Assembly (NCBI RefSeq): GCF_009914755.1
Contig: NC_060925.1
DNA length: 64,000 nt
Source: the human T2T-CHM13v2.0 reference genome, Homo sapiens
Strand: one strand, 5' to 3'
Shown: positions 1-21,150 of the stretch, in pieces
Layout of the letters: every line of letters starts with the position of its first letter
Position numbering within the stretch: position 1 is the stretch's first letter
Made by a program: the position numbers and the translations under genes
The notes under the pieces: generated by a model
The model's database searches: none
Told to the model about the DNA's origin: nothing
The model's input: the letters and a program-made list of their open reading frames with translations, nothing else

Positions 1-1091
1 ATAGCCACAATAGCTGATTCTGTTTCAGTGAAGTCCCACAAGAACAAATACTCTCTCAGTTAATTCTTTCAGGGTATTTTAGAAAGAGAGAGAGAGAGAC
101 AAGCAGGAAGGAAATGTAGGGTTGGGGTTTTTTTCATGATTTATACATAAGCATGTATATTCCTTGATTAAAGATGTTTCTGGTTAGTTTTGTGCAATAA
201 CATTCAAAACGGATGCTTCTGATTGATGTAGTTTTAGTGTCCAATGAGTGATTTAACAAAATTATTTGCCTAGTAATGGTTTTGAAAATAATTTGATCTC
301 CTTCTTGGTGATATTTAAGGAAGGAGCTAATAGGAACATTCACTTTTGTTATGAAGCCATTTTGATACGGATTGAAACAGGAAACAGAGTAAAACAACAC
401 AGTGCTACCCAAGTGAAGCTAGTGACTGAGCTGTGTTCGCATGTCCAGTATCAGCTACACTCATGGTTTTTTTGGTTTCCATGGTTTCTTTTTCTTGGTT
501 TATCAAAGGATTCAGAAAAAAGATTTCAAGAAAAGATAGAGTTCCTAGAAGCACCATTAATTTTTGTGTCCCATTCTTTTTTTTATACTCAAAATACTAA
601 ATGTTTCTAGTTTCCATGTTTTGGGGACATCTAAATATGCTAGTTCTTTCAAAAATGCTTTGAGGTCCTTGTACAGAGGCCATTGTAATAGCACTGTATT
701 AAGTATTTGACAAAGGCTTATACATGAAAGGAGATGTGTAGTATTAATACAAACATAAAATTCTGCCGTATTGATATCATGTCATGGTAAGGCACTCTGC
801 ACCCTCTTGAATATAAAAGAATATTTCTACATTTGGTTCCAGCAAACACTATTGTGCTATTCTGAAATCCACAGCACAGAAATTATAAGACATCCGCTCA
901 TAAACAGAAAGCAAATCACTATTCAGCATTTCCTGCTCTGTTTCCTGCCAATTTCAGATAATTGAAACTTTTTTTAAACCTTTTATTCTATTCTGCTTTA
1001 ATTCTGCTTCCTCCACCAAAAAAAAAAGATTTAGAAATTAAAACTCTGTGTATGTAAGTCACAGTCCTTTTTTTTTCTTATCCTGTGATAA

Positions 1092-1247
<156 letters not shown>

Positions 1248-1659
1248 TAAAAGAGAACATTCATTCTACAACTGTGTCCTCTTTCCCAGAGGATAAAGCT
1301 TAAATTCCCTTTATGTTGGAAAAATTTGGTCAATACTCACCAAACTGCTGTAGACTGAAATTCTCTGGTGTTTGCAGCTCCAGAATAATTTAAGAATTTG
1401 TGAGAGAAAGGATCTATAGTAGTTAAGTTCGTTAAGTTCATAAATCTCTTTATTAGGTCAAAGACCTAGAAAGTAAGAACCATCTTACACTGTTAACAAT
1501 TTGTATTTCCTGTGTTCAAAAAAGGAGAAACCCTTGGACCTAATTCATAAGGAAGGGGGAAAAATTAAAAATTGGGTTTTTTTTAAAGAGGGAGAAACCT
1601 AATAGCCACAGCTTAGACTTTGAAAATACTTAAACATAATGGTATTGAAGTCTGTGAGT

Positions 1660-2200
1660 TTTTCTATTTTGTTGATTAACTTTATTCACTTAGCAAGTAT
1701 TCAGTAAGAATACAAAGATGAATAATCTAAAGATCCTACCTCAAGTTATTGTCTATTAGGAAAGAACATTTAAAAATAAGAAAACAAGTGCCCAGAGAGG
1801 CAGATAAAAGGGCCAAGGATTCTCAGAGTGACTAAGGGAAATTAGCAAATGTTTCACATAGAAGATAGTATATTAGCTGAGCCTTGGGTGAAAATGGACA
1901 TATGGAGGGAGAGCACATTCTAGGTAGAGTTAACCACGTGAACAAGTTATAAAAGCTGTAGGCAACATACATACACAAAGAACAGCAAATAGTTGACTAG
2001 CTGGAATGTGTGTAATAAAGTGAAAGGATGATTGAATGCCATCATTGTGGAAGGCCTTGAGTGCCAGGCTTGGGAATTTCTACTTTTTTACATAGAAAAT
2101 GGGGAATTATTGAAAGTAGTGATTACAAGAAACTCACGGTGTTTTAGGAGGATTAATTTGGCAGCTAAAGGTAGAAGAGGAAAAGACTGGAGAACCGTGA
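1660..2200 (-). mobile_element. L2 remnant
   Basis: ttattcacttagcaagtatt start and purine-rich degenerate L2 antisense pattern. Confidence 0.55.
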
Positions 2201-2699
2201 CATGATTGTTGAATCTAAAGATTGGGGACCCTGAGAGATCCATGCTGAGCCATGTATTCTAGATAATTGGGAGTCATTAAAAGTATTTGTATACTTTTTA
2301 ATTTTGTATGATTATTTGGTTTTTAATATAACTTTTCTCCTTTATTATGGAAGTAATATATGCATATTCTGAATATTTTTAATTCAGAAAGTACAAGGAG
2401 AAAAAACGTTTCCATAATCTAACCACTGTTACGTTTTAGTGTTTTCAGGCCTTTTTTTAAGCCTGTATAGACGTTTGTATGAGTGTGTGGGCAGAAAGGG
2501 ATCTCATCGTACATTCTGTGTTTTAACTTTCATTTTGCAGTCTGATGTAAACGTCTTCTAGTGTTAAATATATAATCATTCATTCATTAAACAAATATTT
2601 ACTGGATAAGATTTCTTGGGTTTGAATCCTGATTTCCCTCTTACTATTTTTGTAAACTTGGGCCAATTACTAACCTCTTTGTTAGTGTCCAGAACTCAC

Positions 2700-3090
2700 T
2701 GGCTATTTATATATTTCTTTTGTGAATTGCTAGTTCATATTCTTTGCCCATTCCACAATTGAAGTATTCCTTTTTTTCTTAATAATTTTTTTAATTCTAT
2801 TTATATAAATAAGGTTATTGGCCATTTGTCTAGTATTTATTTTGCAAATCTTTTTCCTCTATATTTTTGTTTTATACTATTCACAGTGTTTTGTTGTATA
2901 AAAGTTTTGTTGTTATTACTTTAATTTTATATGGTCACAGTTACCTGTGATTTCTGCCTTTGGTGTCATGCCTAGAAAGTTATTTCCTACACAAGATTAT
3001 ATAAATACTAAGATGCATTTTAAAAATTATTTTTAGGATACATATTTAACATGATATCTTTACAGTCTATCAGAATTTTAGTTTTGTGTA
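2700..3090 (-). mobile_element. Old L1 (L1M) remnant
   Basis: ttcttttgtgaattgc..ttcatattctttgccca and ttttgcaaat..ttttcc motifs of antisense L1. Confidence 0.6.
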
Positions 3091-3149
3091 AACTGTGCTG
3101 TAGGGTTTCCTTTTATAACTTCTACAGAAATATTACAGTGAGAAATATT

Positions 3150-3955
3150 ACAGTGAGGGGCTTTTTTCTTCTTGACACCAAATACACCATGTCTTTCCCA
3201 ACACCATTTTTCCAATTCTCCAGACACCAACTGGATATTTAGCAATTTGATTCAATTCTGACACGATCTACCTGGAGTTAGCATCTCATCTCAAAGTTAA
3301 AAGGGCTTAACCCCACAAGACCACCCCTACTTCAGATGCCAGTCACAAGTTCCAGACCACCCGTATTTCGGGAGTGACTGGTTGTAAATCAGGGGTTCCC
3401 ATGACCCCTTCCTCAGGTTTGATAATTTACTAGAACAGTTCACACAACTCAGGAAACCACTTTACTGCATTTGCCAGTTATTACAAAGGATACAACTCAG
3501 GAACAGCCAAATGTAAGAGATGCATAGGGCAAGGTATAGGGGTGGGGTGTGGAGTCTCCATGCCTGCTCTAGGAACACCCACCCCACCCCAGCACCTTGA
3601 TACGTTCACCAACCCACAAACTCTTCGAACACTATTGGGTAGGGGTTTTTATGGAGGTTTCGTTATGTGGGCATGCTTGATTAAATCATTAGCCCCTGGT
3701 GATTGATTCAGGCTCCAACTGTTTTCCCCACCCTGGAGGTTCAGGGGTGGGACTGAAAATTCAAAGTTTCTTATTAAGGCTTGGCCTTTCCGGCAACTAG
3801 CCCTCATCCTGAAGCTATCTAGAGGCCCACCAAGAGTCATCTCATTGAAACAAAAGACACTCCCGTCACCCTCAGTACTCAGAAAATTCTTAGGGAATTA
3901 GGAGCTCTGTGCCAAGAATGGGGACAAAGACCAAATATCTTTCTGTGATACCACA
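3150..3955 (-). mobile_element. MER21-family solo LTR
   Basis: Minus strand begins tgtggtatcacagaaagatatttggtctttgtcccc; internal caggtttgataatttactagaa...actcagga motif shared with the element at 63.7 kb. Confidence 0.75.
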
Positions 3956-4192
3956 TACATACACTTACACACAGTTATTTCATTATGTACGGAAAAGTAT
4001 ATAAATGATAAACAGCTCAGTAAAACATTGCAAAGTGAATATATCTATGAGATGACCTCTGAGTGTAATGATCAAGAAATAGCACATTGCCAGCACCCCC
4101 AGCAGCCTTTCTTATTCCTCATGCTCCCTCCTTGTCACAAATCCGTGCAAAGTATTCATTATTATGACTTCTGTCACCGTAGATTAGTTTTA

Positions 4193-4545
<353 letters not shown>

Positions 4546-4819
4546 AAGGCTACACTTAATCTATTTCTGCCTTTCTCACAAATAATATAAGAATATTAAA
4601 ATGTTTTAACTGTAATCACTTTCCTCCCAATTTGTACACTATCATTGTCCAGTGTTTTGGTTTTACCTTTTTAAATTCCCAAATTAATCATTATTTTCAG
4701 TAGTTAATGTTTATCTATATTTACTCACATATTTGCCCCCTTTTCCCCCTCCACTTTGTTTCTTTCCTCCTGGCTCTTTCTTCAATCCAATTTTCTTCTA
4801 ACTAAAGAACATTCTTGCC

Positions 4820-5541
<722 letters not shown>

Positions 5542-5544
5542 CTT

Positions 5545-6720
5545 TAGTATTTTTTTCAGCTATTGTTCATTTTGATGCCTTTGTCTAAAAGTGTCTTAAT
5601 TCAGCCAAGTTTAGAATTTCAGGTTGATAATTTTCACTTACTTAAAAGTAAGACAACAATGGAATGCTGTATTACTTGGTATGAAAAAGTCATGTTTGGC
5701 ATAATTTCTGGAAATTTTACAGTCATTATTTCTTTGACTGTTGCTTCTCTTTCATCTCCTGTTGTCTATCCTTCTGGAATTACTGTGAGATATATGTTAA
5801 ACCTTCATCTATTCTTCAGGTCTCTTAATCTCTCATTTATGTTATCCATCTGCTATCTGTCTGTGCTGTCTTCTGTATAATTTTTTCAGATCAGTGTTCC
5901 AGTTTAGTAATTCTTTCTTCAGCTATATCTAATCTATGTTTAATTTGTCTACTAAGTCCACTAATATTATATTTTTATGCTCACGAGTTCTATTTTGCTT
6001 CTTTTTCAAATTTGCCTGATGTTTTTGTTAGTATCCTCTTTTTTTCTCATGTTTTCAAATCCTTTATTTTTCCTAAACCACATTAACTCTATAATCTGAA
6101 GTATGTGTAGGTCTAATTCTGCTGTTATATCTGCTAACATTAACTCATGATGAAGCATTTCTGCATGTGTTCTGTGATTTTGACTTATGAGTTATCTTAA
6201 GAAGGATTTTATCTATAGCACCCGTGAGGAGCTGACATTCAAGATACATCTCTCTTGCATATTCTTCTTTCATTTTTGCTAGGTACCCCAAGAGCATTGT
6301 CAGTCTGGAATCATTTTTATGTTAGTTTCTATACATAAGGGTTCCTGAACCTTGCAAAGCATATCTCCTTGTGCAGATAGATTTTTTTAGTCCACTTTTT
6401 CAGTGAGGGTCTCTATATTACATGGAAATCTCAATTTTGATTTATTTTCTTACCGAGGCCTAAGCCTTCTTTCCTGACCCTCTGTGGCTACTAAAACACA
6501 GTGCCCTTGTTTAATAACACTGGCACACACCTATTAGATAGTTGTAGCATCAGTTTATACTTATCAAGCTAAGTTTTGGTTCCCTTTTTGTGCTGACCCT
6601 TAGCAATTCCTCTCACTTTCCAAAGAAGTTAGATATTCATTTAAAAGAATGTTTGTCATTTTTTATCCTGCATTTGTATGTGTTTTATTACAAGATAATT
6701 TTCACCTTATATAATCTCCC
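5545..6720 (-). mobile_element. Very old L1 remnant
   Basis: T-rich degenerate antisense L1 pattern (ttctttcttcagctatatctaatct, gttctatttt..ctttttcaaat). Confidence 0.5.
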
Positions 6721-7542
6721 TTAATTCTAGAAATGGAAGTGTCAGTGTGGTTATGATCTTGGGAGTGGATAAAATGGTAGTGACATTATAGAAACTCCAT
6801 TTTGAACATCAGTAGATGATATGATTTGGAAGGATAGCCATGCATCCTAAAATGTCAAACTGAGGGTTTTGTACCTAATTCAAGGGCACCTCTTGAATAT
6901 TTTTGAGCACAGAAGTGACATAATATTATTAGAGCTATTTTTTCAAGTGTCTCCCTTTGCTGCTAATAAAGCAATAATAGTTCATACTTATTGAGTAGAT
7001 ACTGTATGCTAGGCACTGTACTGAAAGTACTTTAAATCTATTAATTCATTGAATCCTCACATAAAGTTTGTACTATTATTATCTTTATATATGGAAACTG
7101 AGGCACAGAGAGATTAACTTATTCAAGTAAACATGACTAGTAAGAGATGGAGCTAGTATTGGAAGCCAGAACCCATGCTTTTAACCACTATGCATTTCCT
7201 TCCTCAGTATTACTTGAATGCCTAATGCTGCATTATTCTCTAAATAATATTTAATAATTTAGGGTGCAGAAGGTTTTATTACTTGATGGTAGCCATATGG
7301 GATTTTGTCTTCTTGATCCAAATGAGTTATTTCATGAATGTTTAGTTAATCATATGCTTTTAAATAGGCTTCCATATCAGAATTCAAAAAGATGATTTGA
7401 CCCTTAAGTGATTCCTCTGAGAGTTAATATTTCTCACTATTTGTAGCCTTATGGCCAGTGACTAAGAATTGTAGCATCATCCCTTTAATCTGAAATATCA
7501 GCAGGTTAAAATTAAACATATATATCTCCATTTAAAAAAATA

Positions 7543-8534
<992 letters not shown>

Positions 8535-8612
8535 TTATATGTCTTTGTAATTTAGTCATAGTACATACAAAAATACATGTTTTAGATGTGTTTGACTAAT
8601 TAATAGTGCTAT

Positions 8613-8925
<313 letters not shown>

Positions 8926-8931
8926 CTATGA

Positions 8932-9345
<414 letters not shown>

Positions 9346-10410
9346 TAAAATTAAGAAGGTAAGGCAGTCCTGCGAAGGCCTTATGCTAGATTCTTCCAGC
9401 TATTGTCAGCGTTGGTATCTCTGTGTGACCTAATAGCATGCTAAGCAGTACACTGTATTACATTTGAGCAGATATCTTAGCAATAAAGATTCAATAAAAT
9501 TTTGGACAGAATTGTTCACTGGCTTCCTGACCAAAGAAACTTTTGCAAAGAGGGAGTTGCTATGGCAATCACCAAACAGGAAAAAATATTAGTTGATTTT
9601 TGCAACACATAAATGATTCAATATCAAGTGTTTATAGTTTACTTTTGTAAATAGATAGCCCTAGCCAATAAGTAAATAGTGAAATTTATCATACCAGTAA
9701 GAAGATTATGGAATTTATATTTCAGAGGCCAGTTATTGTGAAGGCTTAAGTAACTGAAAGCAATAGTTTCACCTTTGAATGGAAAGGCTCAATTTTCATG
9801 ATGAATGTAGGATACCTTGGGTATTACTAACATATTTAGTAAGTTTACAACTCTTAATACATATTGGAATCTTAGACTCTCAGTAATGGAAAGGCTAATA
9901 TTTTTTAAAAATCAGTTTTATACCTGGATATAGTAGGGCTGCAGTGAACTAGCAATAATATGATATGGAGGAGAAAACATTGAATAATTTGTTTCTGTGA
10001 ATTATTAGGGTTTAATTTTGTAGGAGTTTTAGTGTATAATTTTCTCTGTAATATATGGGTTATTTCTTAAGGAAACAGGCCAAAAGAATTAGTGACAAAA
10101 ATGCAGCCTTGACCTCAAGAGCTCTGCAGCACAGAAGTAGCTTTTTGAGAGACTAGGGAGATTAGAAAATGGTATACGTTTAGATTTGCCGCGATATTGC
10201 TCTCCTTTTACACTTAGAATCATGTAAGTCATGGTATGGTTGGCCATGTCTTACATGTCTTACATCCAAATCCATGGATTTGGATTAGTGGGTACCCCAA
10301 TAAACAGGAAAGAAATGATATCTTGTCACTGTGTGATGTATTAATACAGAAGCTACTATCCTTCCAGAATAGGAAATGTCTATTGTGGAATATTTCTGGA
10401 ATACAGGTCA

Positions 10411-10797
<387 letters not shown>

Positions 10798-11479
10798 TTA
10801 CTAGTTTTTTTATTACTTAATCACTTAATGTAATGGGTAGATAGGTCAAAATTGATCTCCTGCATCCCAGAAAATAACAAGTACCCTTACCCGTCAGGTA
10901 GCAATTTTAGCAACCTTAATCATGGTTTCTCTATTTTTATTTCTGACATATATCAAGATCACTTTTACTGTAAATTGAAACAAAATCTTAGTTGTAAACA
11001 AAACTTAAAAATAAAGAAGAGAAAGCAATTATTCCTTTCCTCCCTAGTATATTTCCAAAAATGAACATAATTTTTAGTGTAAGAACAGAGCCTTTGTATA
11101 AGTAAGCTCGTCATCTTAAGCAAGGAGTCACCTGAAGATATAGGTCCCTTAGATCCTAATAGGAAATATACATTAGTTTAATCTGAAATTGAAGTTGCCA
11201 TTCAAAGTTATCTTAAAGTGGCTCTTTCTTGCATACTTTATTTCTTTAAAACAGTTCTTTTGCGATAATATTTTTTAGTGATTCAGGCGCTGGTTGTAAT
11301 GAAGCAGAGTTCTATATATGCAGGCCTTCCGTAGTTGTATGATTTGTTTCTATAGGGCCTGCTCTGATTAGCTGTAATTGTGATTATCTTTGTTTAGATT
11401 TAAACACCATTTAAAATAGAAGGCATGTATTTGCTGCTAAGACACCAAGGAACTTTGCAGAAGCAACTTATCTCCTTAG

Positions 11480-11808
<329 letters not shown>

Positions 11809-12379
11809 TAAATAAAGAGAGGCAGTCAATATTTCTTCTCTTTCCATAGCCATATGAAGTTTAACATGAATTTTGTATTACTTCCCTTTTTCATTTCATA
11901 TATAATGAAATACACAGAAATAAAATGTAGTAACCAATTACAGAGACTTCTTTAAAGATATAACTGTTGTGCTTTTTTGAAGGCAAAGAACCTGCCCTGA
12001 AAAAGAATCTGACCTGAACACATGCTGTCCTAAGCAGTTAGTCTAGTGTGTCTCTGGGGTCTATGCAGGTTTGCAGTGTACAGACTGTTATCTCCTGTCT
12101 CAGTATTTGCCCTTCTTATGGAATTACTTTCCTTCCTCTTACTACCTTATTTCCTCCTCTTCATTTGTCTCATTAGTTGTATTAGCCAGATATATATTTA
12201 CTTGTAGGGGAGGGGGAATGTCAAATTTCAGTTTCTAGGAATTATATATGGCATGAGTCATTGCTATAGCATCACAGAAATTTTCATCAACGTCTATCTA
12301 GAACAGTCAGGAGTTCTAGTTATGAGTTCTGTAATAGATATTTATTGAACATGTGAGAACAATGTAAAGCCAATAGTTG

Positions 12380-13190
<811 letters not shown>

Positions 13191-13199
13191 TGGGTTGGG

Positions 13200-13975
<776 letters not shown>

Positions 13976-14800
13976 TTAATAGGGTTTTAAGCAGAGCCAT
14001 GACACCTGACTTACGTTTTAGGAGGATCTATCAAAGCAATGTGAATTAAGAAATTATCCACCAAAATGAACATTTGCTTATTATAAAAATGCAAATTTCT
14101 AGATGTAGTTAAATAAACTATACCCATTATTTTATTCACCTGCAATAAACTGAGCCATTATTGTAGTTGGTTTTCTGAAGCACATGATCCTACCTTGCAA
14201 ATAAACGAGCATCTTGGTTTGGATTTTGAGCTGGCCTGCCTTAGCACTTCACAGGTCAATCAATATTAAAGAGTTCTAGTCCCTGCCAGCAGTAATTGAC
14301 ACCTTTAAGTTAGCTGTGTGAGCTGAGAGGTCAAGAACCCAATCCATATAGATGGAATTGTTATCGTAATAGGCAAAAATACCTGTCTTCATGGGATTCA
14401 GGATAGAAGTAGAGGGAAAAAGGGTGGCTAGGTGAATTCATTAGCCAATAGCGCTGCCATTGCTTGAACACTATGTGAACTTTATTTAGTCTCCAGTTCT
14501 TCTTAAAACTTTTGACAAATAGAAAGACATATCCTGCTAGAAGATGGCATGAGAGCAACAATTCTCTCGCTGCCAGATTCCCTTTCAAGCCAATAATAAT
14601 TACTGTACATAGTATATTCTTTGTCATAGTACTAGATCCAACTAAGCCCTCATTAGCTATAAACCTAAAGAATAATTAATGATCCCATTTTCAATTATTT
14701 TCCCCATAAGTAGCAAAGACAGATAGTGCTGGCAAACAGGTAAAGGAAAGTAGGCATTCCCCTTGACCAAGTAATTCATGCTCATTGTTAAAAGGAAATG

Positions 14801-15093
14801 AGGCTGAACACGGTGGCTTACTCCTGTAATCCCAGCACTTTGGGAGGCCGAGGCGGGTGGATCACGAGGTCTGGAGTTCAAGACCAGCCTGGCCAACGTA
14901 GTGAAACCCCATCGCTACTAAAAATACAAAAATCAGTCAGACGTGGTGGCGTGCACATGTAGTCCCAGCTACTCAGGAGGCTAAGGCAGAAGAATTGCTT
15001 GAATCTGGGAGGCAGAGGTTACAGTAAGCCGAGATCGCGCCACTGCACTCCAGCCTGGGTGAGAGACCAAGACTCCGTCTTGGAAAAAAAAAA
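14801..15093 (+). mobile_element. Alu
   Basis: Full dimer. Confidence 0.92.
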
Positions 15094-15159
15094 TGAATTA
15101 TAAAAGTAAAAATCATTCATAATACCACAGCTCAGAGCTAATCACTGTTAATATGTTGG

Positions 15160-15503
<344 letters not shown>

Positions 15504-15949
15504 TAACCTAAATGTTTTAGAATTTTGTTTATGTTTTGTTTTTAACATAAGATCTATAGAGTTTTTTTCTTTAATCATTTGAGAACATTTTCCCATGTTA
15601 CTAAAAAGTCTTTAAAACAATCTTAATGGCTATATAATTTTATTTTTAAGGATGGGTCTTTATTTAACTATTACCATTGGACATTTAGGTTGTTTACATT
15701 TTTTTCACCAGCATATTCAGCTGCAAGTTTACTTTTATTTTTTATTTATTTATTTTTTTGCTTTTTTAAATTTTTAATTGACATGTAATAATTTTACACA
15801 TTTATTAGGTACAGAGTAATATTTTGATACATGTATACAATGTATACTGATCAAATCAGGATATTTAGCATAACAGCACATCAAACATTTATCATTTCTT
15901 TGTATTGGGAACATTCAAAATCTTTTTTTTCTGTATTGGATATGTATTT

Positions 15950-16301
15950 TTTATTTTTTTTACTTTTTTTATTTATTTTTTAATATATATATATTTTTAT
16001 TATACTTTAAGTTCTAGGGTACATGTGCACAATGTGCAGGTTTGTTACATATGTATACATGTGCCATGTTGGTGTGCTGCACCCATTAACTCATCATTTA
16101 AAAAGTGACGAGTTCATGTCCTTTGTAGGGACATGGATGAAACTGGAAACCATCATTCTGAGCAAACTATCGCAAGGACAAAAAACCAAACACCGCATGT
16201 TCTCACTCATAGGTGGGAATTGAACAATGAGAACACTTGGACACAGGAAGGGGAACATCACACACTGGGGGGAGGGGGGAGGGATAGCATTAGGAGATAT
16301 A
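15950..16301 (-). mobile_element. Short L1PA 3' end with 5' inversion
   Basis: ~16000-16100 is the antisense L1PA terminus; ~16100-16301 is the adjacent upstream L1 3' UTR in sense. Confidence 0.92.
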
Positions 16302-16304
16302 TTT

Positions 16305-16612
16305 TTTATTTTTTTTATATTTTTAATCATTTTTGAGATGGAGTCTCCTCTGTTGCCCAGGCTAGAGTGCAGTGATGTGATCTCAGCTCACTGTAACCTC
16401 CACCACCCAGGTTCAAGGAATTCTCTGCCTCAGCCTCCCGAGTAGCTGGGATTATAGGCGCCTGCCACCACTCCCAGCTAATTTTTGTATTTTTAGTAGA
16501 GACGGGCTTTCACCATCTTGGCCAGACTGGTCTTGAACTCCTGACCTTGTGATCCACCCGTCTCAGACTCCCAAAGTGGTGGGATTATAGATATGAGCCA
16601 CTGCCCCTGGCC
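16305..16612 (-). mobile_element. Alu
   Basis: Antisense dimer; its T tail abuts the inverted L1. Confidence 0.9.
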
Positions 16613-16751
16613 GAGCTTACATTTTTAATATAAATAATGCTTCAATAAACATCTTACGTACTGATAAAACTTGGTCCCCATCTCGGTGGGGACAAAGGTT
16701 TAAGATAAACGTATAGTGAGGCAGTCTGAAATATTGCCAGTAGAAGGATAA

Positions 16752-17266
<515 letters not shown>

Positions 17267-17309
17267 TTATTGTCTATGAGTTATAGCTCAATAAAAAAAA
17301 TTTATATGT

Positions 17310-17485
17310 AGCTGAGCAGAGGTGGCCCATGCCTGTAATCCCAGCACTTTGGGAGGCTCAATTGGGAGGATCATTTGAGGCCAGGGGTTCAAGAACAGCC
17401 TGGGCAACATAGTGAGACTCCATCTCCACAAAAAACGTTAAAATTAGCCAGGCATCATGGTACGCACCTGTAATCATAGCTACAG
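17310..17485 (+). mobile_element. 3'-truncated old Alu
   Basis: Left arm plus start of right arm only. Confidence 0.8.
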
Positions 17486-17739
17486 GTAAGACAAAGCACT
17501 GTAGTACCAAACTGACATTTTCTCCTTCAAATGTTCAGAAAGATAAAAAAGATAATTTAAAATGGAATAGTTTCTCACTGCATAATTCAATGTTATTTAA
17601 TGCCATGCCCCAGAACCACCTGATGTCAACTGATGTTATGACTCACACACTTTGAGGAAAACTGGGCTATTACAATTCCTAAAGCAACGGGTATGATGAT
17701 AATTTGGTAAAACACTTAACCAAATTTTAAAGACAGTAC

Positions 17740-17895
17740 AACAAAATGTAAAATATCTCAGTACTTTTTTAAGTTGATTACATGCTGAAAGATAATATTT
17801 TGGATATATGGGTTAAATAAAATACACTACTAAAATTAATTTTACCTGTTTCATTTTACTTTTTTAATGTGGCCACGAGAACATTTGTGACTTGC
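17740..17895. mobile_element. MER3/MER33-like hAT-Charlie DNA transposon fragment
   Basis: gattacatg.tgaaa.gataatattttggatata..gggttaaataaaata..attaattt.acctgtttc motif. Confidence 0.7.
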
Positions 17896-17948
17896 ACTGC
17901 TTTATCCATTTAATTTTGTTAATTCTCATAATGACTCAGTGAAGCAGA

Positions 17949-18216
17949 TTTTTTTTTTTTTTGAAACAGGGTCTCGCTCTGTTGCCCAGGCTGGAGTGCA
18001 GTGGCACACACACAGCTCACTGTGACATTGATCTGGGTTCAAGCAGTCCTACCACTTCAGCCTCACAAGTAGCTTGTGCTAACTTTTTATTTTTTTCTAG
18101 AGACAGGGTCTTGCTATGTTGTCCAGACTGGTCTCAAACTCCTGGGCTCAAACAAACCTCCCAACTTGGCCTCCCAAATTGCTGGGATTACTGGCATGAG
18201 CCACCACACCCAGCCA
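17949..18216 (-). mobile_element. AluJ-like with internal deletion
   Basis: acagggtctcgctc/ctcctgggctcaa diagnostics. Confidence 0.85.
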
Positions 18217-18647
18217 AGGTAGATATTTTTATAATTGTTATCAACTTCCTTTTTCAGATGAGGAAATCAAAGTAGAGAGAAGTTAAGTACCTTGTCCAAA
18301 GTCATAAAGCTAGTAAGTGGTAAACCTGGAATTGGGCACAGTCTGTTTCCAGTATGAGTACCTAAGCACTCAGTTGAAATAATATTTTGGAATATTTATC
18401 TAGCTATGATATTTTTAAATCCTTTGTTTATAAATGTCACCTATAAGATAGGCAAAATATGTTTTTATCAAATGGATAATATGTGAAGCTTTCAGACTAC
18501 TAAGAAATATTGTAAACCAAAGCTGGGGAAAAAATAATACAGAACTGAGGGATCATTTACTTTTATTTTAAGAATTTTATCATTCAATGATGATTAAAAA
18601 TGAGATTTAAGAGACAGTGTTGCTCTTTGAGTAAAAATGACTAACTT

Positions 18648-18953
<306 letters not shown>

Positions 18954-19345
18954 TTAACTTGATTAATTAGTGGAAGCTTTTAGTTTCATAACTATCTGAA
19001 ATGATGCCTAAGTGTTATAATAATTTAACTTTGACATGGAGTAAGTGAAATTAATACTTTTTGTAGTGAATACAGCTAAGGGCCTAAAAAATAGTTGGCA
19101 TCTTGAATTTCTATACATAAGTTTGAGGCTGGTAGGGGGCTGATTCAATTTGTGTTATCAACAGGTACTTTATAGATTTCCACCTAAACAAGTAACACTA
19201 GAAACTTGGACCTTCTCCTGTAACCACCAGTAGGTTCAATCTCTGAATTATTTACAGAAAAATTAGGATACTATGACAGAATTTGCATTTCAAAGAGGCA
19301 GGAACCCAGAGGGGACTTCTCTTCACTACGGACGTTTCAGGATAA

Positions 19346-19674
<329 letters not shown>

Positions 19675-20172
19675 CAAAGAGATTTTCTTTGACAGCTTAT
19701 TTTCCTCCAGTGACCAAAGGATTAGACATCATTGCAAGAGTTGTGATGGAGTGTGTCGCCTGTCACTGACAAGCATTTATTGAGTGCTGATTATGTGTAA
19801 TGTTCTGTGCACGGTGCTAGAAAGATGAAGACATGTTCTGTATCTTTAAGGATCTCAATGTCTAATAGGAAAATAAACATATAAATGAACAACTCTAATA
19901 AGATGCCTTTTTAAAAGTTGAATTTAACCCAGGATTCAAATTTAGGCATGTCCCTTGATTCCAATTTGTTTGTGCACTGTAACGTATATTTTTTAATTAA
20001 AAAAATAGCTTTTCATTTTACCTCTGAATTGTGTGTAAAAAAGAAATTTAAAAAAGAAAAATATCTTTTCATTACAAAATCAATATATAATTCCTGTAGG
20101 AAAAAAAATTTAATACAGCTAAGCAAAAAAATAGCCATACTGCCACCATAGGGAATGTTGTCAGCCTTTTAG

Positions 20173-21150
<978 letters not shown>

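Noticed and set aside
134-610. Overlapping 92/114-aa ORFs in the upstream VPS45 intron
   Set aside because: No homology to SM proteins, no convincing splice sites
3126-3155. 15-bp direct repeat agaaatattacagtg x2
   Set aside because: Simple local duplication at an LTR edge; only two copies, not an array
6147-6240. ATGATGA...CTGA as a box C/D snoRNA (similar motifs near 9798 and 18588)
   Set aside because: No terminal stem or recognisable rRNA guide; motifs expected by chance, and the first lies in L1-like sequence
17480-17492. CAG|GTAAGA as another recursive site (also tag|gtaccc at 6282)
   Set aside because: The first lacks a pyrimidine tract; the second has a poor donor
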